Below are positions 53,271 to 64,000 of a DNA stretch of 64,000 nt, in pieces. Numbering within the stretch: position 1 is the stretch's first letter; each line of letters starts with the position of its first letter. A program made the translations under genes and the position numbers. The notes beneath the pieces were generated by a model. That model worked only from the letters and a program-made list of their open reading frames with translations. It searched no databases and was not told where the DNA came from. This DNA is from Eledone cirrhosa (taxonomy: Eukaryota), in contig OZ024742.1 of NCBI GenBank assembly GCA_964016885.1, positions 47,244,001 to 47,308,000 of the forward strand, in the 5' to 3' direction.

Positions 53271-54289
53271 CTGTATAAGATATTCTGCATTTAACATTCA
53301 CACATATTGCTTTCCATCCTCCCGTGGTCAATAGAATAAAGTACGTTTCAAATATGAGTTGATTTAATCAACTTACTCTTCCACCAAATTTGCTGGCCTT
53401 GTGCCTACATTAGAAATCAATATTCACAGAAGGATTTTAAAAAAAATACAGATGTTCGTTGCATGAATTTTATAGGTTGGTGTATAAATGTCTCAGAAAA
53501 CAAAACAGACCACTGAATAGTGTAGAGAATATGAACATTTAGTAATAGGAAATGTGCCTGTTGAAAACTAAAAAAAAATTTGAAGATACAAAGAAAACGT
53601 AGCAGACGTCAATGTTGTCACATTTTGAAGTAATATTGCAATATATATGATATTTGAGCCATCCATCTATATAAAATAATGGAATATACGTTGGGCCATA
53701 TTCAAACTAATCATTAGGGCTATATAATAAGTGGCTTACGCTTTGTACTATTAATATTATATCATATAGTGAATTCTTCTCCAAACTTATCAGATAATAA
53801 GATCGCATGTAATATGCATTCAAGTGGTATGGGATCGCGATTGAGAAGTTATAATCTCAAAGCATTGGAAATAGAAAATTGAAAGGCTGAATGTAGCTTT
53901 GAGTAGAGAGACGGTCGAAAGGTGAATTAAGTAGGTAAATTATATTCGTGTGTGGCTGATTGCGTGTATGTGTGTGAGTGTGTGTATGTGTGTGCGGGGA
54001 GTGTTATGTGTTTGTGTGTGTGTTTTCGTGTTTGTGCGACTGCTGTTTGTGTGGATTGATATTATAATATTAAATAGTTTTGTTAGTAAATGTGTGTGCA
54101 TGTGTATGCCAAGTTAAACACCATATACATAGCTCTTGCCGTTTCAACTATTAGTTCAAAACTTTGTTGAAACGGCAAGAGCTCAGTTACCGCGACACGG
54201 CTCTATATAAAATAGCCTTACTTTACTGTCTCACGTATCGAGAACTCTGTAAAGTAATGGTGAGACTAGTTTGATATGGTTCTATCCTG

Positions 54290-54325
<36 letters not shown>

Positions 54326-54846
54326 AATAAAATTACATTAGTTAGTAGGTTTACAATGTTTCTTTCAAATACACAAGGAAGTACCACTATTTTCTTACGT
54401 ACTGAATTCCTGAAAATCATGAAATAATAGAGAAAAGATAATTATTTAATAACCGCATGATATTCGAACTTCAATTTGAAAATGAAAACAAATTAAAATA
54501 TAATCGCGGAAAAGTTAAAGCTTATGGAAGACTAAGCTAACAAATTAAAATTTATTAGTAATAGCCATAGCGTGTAATAATTAGTTTCACTCTTAAAGCT
54601 AATACACGTATATAGACTCAAATAAAAATAATAGGAATAAAAGAAGAGCTTTTAAATGTCTTGACAGTTAGAAATTTAGTACCTCAAGTAAGTGACAGTA
54701 AGAAAATGTATTATTGTTAAATCCTACATACTTGTATTTAAATCTCTATGAGTATATGTTTCTATGTATGAGGGTGTCTACAAATTAATATGCGTATATA
54801 TATATATAAATATATTTCGTTTCTGAATTTGTTTAGCAAGATTCTT

Positions 54847-55392
54847 TATCTGAAAACGTGTGTTGAAACCGATGTTGTTATACTTTGGGAGGGTCATGTT
54901 GCCAATAAGTAACACACGCACCAGTTGCTTTCACTTCAATTTATTATAATAAATTTATAAATTTAGGAATTTATAAATTTCCGGTTGGTTGGTTGGTTCC
55001 ACAACCAGATGATAGTTCATATATTGTCAAAGTTCTTTCGTCACGCATTCTGTGACCTCTTCAGTGACTGGGGATTATTTTCTTTGTTTTTGTGCCTCTC
55101 CTTTGTTCTGTCCTACGCCATCTTGTTTCACACACAGAAACACGATGACGTAGGACAGAACAAAGGAGAGGCACAAAAACAAAGAAAATAATCCCCCAGT
55201 CACTGAGGAGGTCACAGAATGTGTGACGAAAGAACTTTGACAATATATGAACTATAATCTGGTTGTGGAACCAACCAACCAACCGGAAATTTATAAATTC
55301 CTAAATTTATAAATTTATTATAATAAATTGAAGTGAAGTCACCTGGTGCGTGTGTTTCGTATTGGCAACATGACCCTCCCAAAGTATAACAA
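54847..55392. repeat. Family G fold-back (about 250-bp near-identical arms)
   Basis: Arms about 54875-55115 and 55150-55392. Explains the mirror ORFs MVGWFHNQ. Confidence 0.85.
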
Positions 55393-55415
55393 TATATAAA
55401 TATATATATATATAA

Positions 55416-55478
<63 letters not shown>

Positions 55479-55481
55479 TTG

Positions 55482-56262
55482 CTAAGCTGTCTGAACATAA
55501 TGTTATTACTCTGGGGTCTTACCTCATCTGAGTGCTAAAGCTACAGACCGAATATGCATACACGCTAGCTTGGCCGTATACTAGAGCTTCGTCTATGCTG
55601 TACTTAAATTTATATTTACTCCTAGAACTAACGATTAACTGATTAATTTTATTAGAGGATTCTATTGATTAATTAATTGTTTAAGTTTGTTTGATAACTT
55701 CTAGTCGAGTGCTTTATTCGGTTTGAACAAGGGGATTCATTCCTTTATCTCAAATTAGAATACACCGCCTAAGCGGGGGTTACCTCCCTTGGAGACAACC
55801 ACGTGTCTGTGCCGACCTTTAAAGTTACAACATACCAGCTTTGGCTAAGAACGAAAGACTTGCTGAAGAAGTAAATCCTATGTTCTGTCGTCAAAAACCA
55901 TTATATTGCAGACTCCTGCAATAGGAATTTGTCGATCATGGATTTGCAGAAACTTAGCGCTGAGGTTGCGGGCGATATTGCGATCTATATTGTTGATACA
56001 CCATGTGGGTTATATATTTTACACTCAGCCTCAGCGTTATGTCCAGGTCAGTAAAAAATCTTTTCCTGGGTCCTGTATTTTCGTTGCTCTGGTAGTGCGG
56101 TCGGACTGCCGACTGCTATATCTGATTTTCTAAGCTGTCTGAACATAATGTTATTACTCTGGGGTCTTACCTCATCTGAGTGCTAAAGCTACAGACCGAA
56201 TATGCATACACGCTAGCTTGGCCTTATACTAGAGCTTCGTTTATGCTGTACTAAAATTTATA
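55482..56262. repeat. Partial tandem unit (about 132-bp direct repeats, period 648 bp) between TA tracts
   Basis: CTAAGCTGTCTGAACATAATG...AAATTTATA at 55482 and 56130. Confidence 0.85.
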
Positions 56263-57390
56263 TATATACATATCTGTGTGTATGGTGTATTTAAAGACAG
56301 AAGGAGTGAAAGGGAGAGAAAGGAAGTGAGAGAGAAGGAGTGGAAAACAGAGAGAAAGTGAAGTTGGCGAAGGCTATAATGTCGAGCGATTTTAAAATGT
56401 ATGTATGTGGATATAATAAAGTATTTTGTCAGTGTAGCTTAAGTGTGGCATGTTTGTCTTTGGTGTGGGCACATCTCGTGGAATGAAGGAGGATGTGGGG
56501 CCTTCGGGAGCATATTGCTGTTGCTGTGTACCAGATTACTGAACAAATTGATTTGTATATGTGTATTTCTCTATGCAGATATATTTGTATGTGTAAAAAG
56601 TTACATGAGAAAATTGACGTGAAGCAGGATGGTAAAAGAGGACGCATATAGAGCTCTCCATTAAGTATGTTTCCATGTATAATATATCAGAAAAAGATCT
56701 CAGTTTAATACTGTGAACATCACATATTGTTGAACATAGTATACCGTATCAGAGAATATGGAATATCAAGATAAGAACATACATATATAATAATTGAAGT
56801 ATATTTTTGCTCAGTCAAATATGAAATCCTAGCAACTGAAACAGAAGAATAATTTATGAATGAGATGATTACACTAATTTGTTAGAACGTATTTACCGTT
56901 TTCCCTGCAGAAAACACGTCAAAGGGATTAATGGAAAATATTACAATTAATAGAACATCTCCGAAACATTACAGAATAGTATTGCCAAATTTTACACGAA
57001 AACACCTGAATGTATAGGTCGCAGACACTTAGCATTAGTATATAACACATTCTGTTTTTCTCTCTTGCTGCATATACGTATATATATATATATATAAAAA
57101 CAAATAACGAAACGAAATTAAATTTCGTTTCGTTTGTAACTCACTTTTGTGTGACTGACGCTTAAACAATTAAGTTAAAAATGTACATCTACATATGCAT
57201 ACTGAAATACTAGTGTGTATATGAATACACACACGTATACATATGTAGGTGTACCAAGTCTTTCACTGGTCGCTTTACAGTGAGCGGCCCAGCTATTCTG
57301 TATGTAAACACACAGACAAACCGGTTTTTAGAGTCACACTGGTTTTCGGGGGGAACACCTTCCCTCCATTCTCCAGAAAGCCAGACAAGG

Positions 57391-57435
57391 AATATTGGAC
57401 TAGTTTCGTTGTTGTTACAACTCATCAGCAATATT
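57391..57435 (-). ncRNA. Canonical minimal type I hammerhead ribozyme
   Basis: Exact reverse complement of 57995-58039. Confidence 0.85.
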
Positions 57436-57994
57436 TACCTATCTACCGGCCTTTCTGGAGAATTGTAAAAGCACATATCGTTATATGCTTTTTCTATGAA
57501 AATTAGTAGTGGGCAGACTAATTTGCATAGAGTGTGAGTACGCACCGGTTCAGCGGAGACGATAAAAACAAATAACGAAACGAAATTAAATTTCGTTTCG
57601 TTTGTAACTCACTTTTGTATGACTGACGCTTAAACAATTAAGTTAAAAATGTACATCTACATATGCATACTGAAATACTAGTGTGTATATGAATACACAC
57701 ACGTATACATATGTAGGTGTACCAAGTCTTTCACTGGTCGCTTTACAGTGAGCGGCCCAGCTATTCTGTATGTAAACACACAGACAAACCGGTTTTTAGA
57801 GTCACACTGGTTTTCGGGGGGAACACCTTCCCTCCATTCTCCAGAAAGCCAGACAAGGAATATTGGACTAGTTTCGTTGAACCGGTGCGTACTCACACTC
57901 TATGCAAATTAGTCTGCCCACTACTAATTTTCATAGAAAAAGCATATAACGATATGTGCTTTTACAATTCTCCAGAAAGGCCGGTAGATAGGTA

Positions 57995-58039
57995 AATATT
58001 GCTGATGAGTTGTAACAACAACGAAACTAGTCCAATATT
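57995..58039 (+). ncRNA. Canonical minimal type I hammerhead ribozyme
   Basis: AATATTG-CTGATGA-GTTGT-AACA-ACAAC-GAAA-CTA-GTC-CAATATT: 7-bp stem I, 5-bp stem II, palindromic stem III ACTAGT, GUC site. Confidence 0.88.
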
Positions 58040-58256
58040 CCTTGTCTGGCTTTCTGGAGAATGGAGGGAAGGTGTTCCCCCCGAAAACCAGTGTGACTCT
58101 AAAAACCGGTTTGTCTGTGTGTTTACATACAGAATAGCTGGGCCGCTCACTGTAAAGCGACCAGTGAAAGACTTGGTACACTTACATATGTATACGTGTG
58201 TGTATTCATATACACACTAGTATTTCAGTATGCATATGTAGATGTACATTTTTAAC

Positions 58257-58346
<90 letters not shown>

Positions 58347-58500
58347 AATATACATATATTTGAAATGTGATTTACGCAAATATCATAATAGTAAATATTT
58401 GAGAAAGTCGGTTAAAGTACACCACAATAAACGTGGATGGAAGACACACACATTCATATATATATGCCTTATAAACTATCAAAGTGTTGGGGGATATTAA

Positions 58501-58547
<47 letters not shown>

Positions 58548-58989
58548 ATTATATGAATTTCGTATATCTAATGATATACGGTATGTTTACATATAAACAT
58601 TTTGGAAGACGTCTAGCTATGAATATTGAAAGCTCGCTACGTCTATTGGATTCCAGCAGAATTAGCGAGGGAAAAACAGCCAACATGTTTCAGGCTCTGC
58701 CTCCCATCAGGACAGTGATTCCTCTGCTCTCTGCTGGAATTGGTAATAGGCGAAAATATATAATATGCAGATGTGCCGATTATCCTCATTTTCATATGGA
58801 ATTGTTAAGCTGGCTCAGTTGAAAGTACAATGACAATAGTCGATAGCGCCGAAACATCTATGATCATAGTTAATAGCTGATGAAGGGTTTCTTCTCTTGT
58901 TTGCGTCACTATTACAATCTTACACTTTGTTTACAGTAACTAGACAGCCCGCTACGTTTCTTGTAATTTTGTATATATATATATATGCG

Positions 58990-60620
58990 CTTCATACCTC
59001 CCTTCCAAACAGCAACGAGTTCTCCACTGGATGTCGAGCGATTTTTGCGACGCACCAAGCTACAGGCACACTTCTACAACACCCCACCGGCTCCGGCGCC
59101 CCAGACCGCTTTCTCGCCCTGAGCCGACGACCATCTTCTTGGACGCCGGCACCCGGGCAATTTACCACCCTGACGCGTTCGTTGACGCCTGCCGTATGGC
59201 AGTAAATCGCTTGGACTTCTGCCGCCGCTCGAAACAGAATAACATCTCACTGGTCGAACTCCTCGCTCGCCGCTCCTTCCGTAACCGCGACGACATCGTC
59301 ATCAAACCGGCGGACAAGTGAGGCGCTGTGGTGGTGCGGCGTGCCGACCTCTATACAACCGAAGCCCTCAGGCAGTTCCGCAACCCCCTCTTCTACCGCC
59401 CCCTACCTTCCGACGTCAACCCCCTCTACCAACAACAAGATTCCTCCACAATCCAACACCTCGTCTCCTCCTCCCTCCTCCCTCCCACCACCCTTCATAT
59501 CATAATCCGCACCCCCACCCAGCATCCACTTCCTCCCCAAGATCCACTAACCCGACAACCCCGGCCGCCCCATCACTTGACCTGCAACTGCCCCGCCGAA
59601 CTCATCTCGGCATTTCTTGACTCCATCCTCACCCCTCCTCACCTTCATCACCTCCCACATCCCCGACACCAACCACGCCCTTCGCCTTATGACTCCCTCA
59701 CATTGCCACCCGGCCCACACACACTCTTATTCACCCTAGACATTAAGTCCCTTTACGCCGTCATCCCCTACGTCGAGGGCTTACGCGCCTCCGGCACTAC
59801 TTTGACGTACTTAACCACTTCCAGTTGCGCACGCGCCAAACAACTTTCTATTTTCTCCGCACCATTCCACGGATACTACACCACTGGTCACACGCTCTAG
59901 ACATACACCTTTTTATACCCGGATTTTTTCACCATCTGTCCACACACTCACCGGGAAAATATTCAGGAACACAGAAACACACAAACACTTACACTATTTT
60001 CACACACACGCAACCATACATTCCCACGTATCCACACCACACAAAAACCCACAAACGCGCGTATCCTCACATACACCTACTCGGCCTCCTGACTCTACGC
60101 CGCTTTCCCCCACTCCGCCGACCCCTCTCCATCCACACGCACACACACACTGACTTACACCCCACCACATGTACACACTGGTTTTCCTATTAACCGAACA
60201 TGAAACCTCGTTCTTCACCAACTCTTACACTCACATCCACACATACACACACACGTACACATACTTACATACACACACACCACCTTCCGCCCTGACTGTT
60301 TGGGCCCCCTATTTCCTTTCCCCCCTACCCCTCCATCCACCCACCACCACCTCTACACGCCCCACACCATTTCAGCACTTGTTTTCATATTATTTTTTTC
60401 CCTCATTTAAAGTTTGTTCCCTTCCTTTACCGCCCCCCTTAATGTCTTTCAAGCACTACCCCTCACGCCCTCAGAACTCTTTTCCTTCCCACTTTTCTGC
60501 TGATGAAGGGCGTATACCCGAAACGTCGACCCCCAACCCCCATTTTCAAGCGTGAACCTGATACCAACACTGTTCCTATTGCACTCTTCGTTATTGTTTT
60601 TGTTTTCTGTTTATTAGTTC
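58990..60620 (+). mobile_element. Third Penelope-like element (Neptune/Poseidon-type), heavily decayed
   Basis: RNRDDIVIKPADK*GAVVV, CNCPAELISAFLDSIL and LFTLDIKSLYAVIP..GL. C-rich plus strand, HHR near the 3' end. Confidence 0.7.
60496..60531 (+). ncRNA. PLE-type minimal hammerhead motif
   Basis: CTGATGA-A-GGG-CGTATA-CCC-GAAA-C-GTC. Palindromic ACGT stem III, stem I poor. Confidence 0.65.
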
Positions 60621-60752
60621 TCTCTCTCTCTATATATATATATATATGTATGTATGTGTGTGTGTGGAAAAGTTAAACAGAAATAACAACACAATCGGTA
60701 CATTTTACGGAATTAATATATTAGTTTAACGCTTGAAATAGCAAGGAGAGGG

Positions 60753-60788
60753 TCTTAACCTTTCGGGCGCTAGTCCTTCATCAGAAGA
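60753..60788 (-). ncRNA. PLE-type minimal hammerhead motif
   Basis: Minus strand reads TCTT-CTGATGA-A-GGAC-TAGC-GCCC-GAAA-G-GTT-AAGA. Confidence 0.6.
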
Positions 60789-60866
60789 AAGAATGAGAAA
60801 TTAGAAAGATTGAAGGGACGGGCAGGGCGGAATCGGAAACAAATGTTTTTAGAGAAAAATGACAGG

Positions 60867-60899
<33 letters not shown>

Positions 60900-60904
<5 letters not shown>

Positions 60905-61100
60905 TAAAATAACAGATTAAAGTTTACGCAAATAATCACTGCTTTCACCCTTAACGGGATCTTCAGAAGATCCCGTTAAGGGTGAAAGCAGCGACTCTTT
61001 GCTTAAACTTTAATCTGTTATTTCAATAAATATTTGCTCTAGGGTTCTTATATATTTGATATATATTTATCCTTAACGAGCCCTCTTAGGATTTTACCCT
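60900..61100. mobile_element. Family B fold-back copy
   Basis: GGGATCTTC-A-GAAGATCCC centre at 60965, (TA)n on both sides. Confidence 0.8.
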
Positions 61101-61116
61101 TCAAATTTATTATTAT

Positions 61117-61710
<594 letters not shown>

Positions 61711-61800
61711 ATTTGAAGACTAAAATCCAAAGAGGGCTCGATAAGGATAAATATATATCAGATAAATAAGAACCGTAGAGCGAATATTTATTAACATAAC

Positions 61801-61862
<62 letters not shown>

Positions 61863-62219
61863 GGGGGGGGGGGGTGTATACCAAGATAATAATAAATGGA
61901 AACTATATTCATAAAATCATATTTATTTTACTAGATATATTTCAAGGGCGACCAACCCAATCTTGGTTCACTTTCATTAGATAAAATACAAAATTTGTTT
62001 TATAAATAACGACATATGTCGTTATTTATAAACGTTTGGCTTGGACGCCCTTGAAATATATATAATAAAATAAATATGGTTTTATAAATATAGTTTCAAT
62101 TTATTATTATCTGGGAATATTTACTCCAGTAAAGTGTTGAGTGCTCTATATCAGTTATAAACATTTATGTTTGTCGGAATTCCAACAAATTAATACAACT
62201 CCTACATATATATGTATAC

Positions 62220-63937
<1,718 letters not shown>

Positions 63938-64000
63938 CAGGAATCAAGAGTGACATGGTTTGTTATACAAAAAAGGTTTTTAATCTCATTGCTGACAATT

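Larger units (their letters stand above)
57095..58260. mobile_element. Young 468-bp HHR repeat: 1.7 tandem copies plus inverted copy, in (TA)n
   Basis: Unit starts at 57095 and 57563, switches strand at about 57878 and runs inverted to 58260. Copies are nearly identical. Confidence 0.9.

Noticed and set aside
57210-58220. Repeated 62-92 aa ORFs (MYQVFHWSL..., MLMSCNNNE...)
   Set aside because: They are produced by the tandem/inverted non-coding unit and have no protein motif.
58850-58890. GAAAC...CTGATGAAGGG as a type II hammerhead
   Set aside because: Stems I and II cannot be formed convincingly.

Overview
AT-rich, microsatellite-saturated animal genomic DNA. The SINE family and repeat landscape suggest a cephalopod (octopus-like), which is an inference. 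No host gene is recognisable apart from one weak exon candidate, and most listed ORFs are translations of (TA)n/(TG)n tracts. Decayed transposons present: a Tx1/L1-clade LINE (about 1.7-7.0 kb, minus), an RTE-type 3' fragment, an R4/Dong-type RLE LINE inside a (TATG)n field, two related Penelope-like elements (PLEs) with Hydra-clade-like motifs, a third unrelated PLE, a mariner relic, non-autonomous Helitrons and about 10 tRNA-derived SINEs. The main unexplained signal is that the spaces between (TA)n tracts are filled with short (130-1500 bp) non-coding fold-back or tandem-plus-inverted elements from roughly ten sequence-unrelated families. Most carry a hand-foldable type I hammerhead ribozyme (HHR), about 20 motifs in 64 kb. 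These include a near-perfect minimal HHR in a 468-bp repeat unit, a U3:A8 core variant, a family with compensatory changes in stem II, and a conserved motif with the hammerhead core strings in reversed order. All RNA folds were done by eye and no activity is shown.
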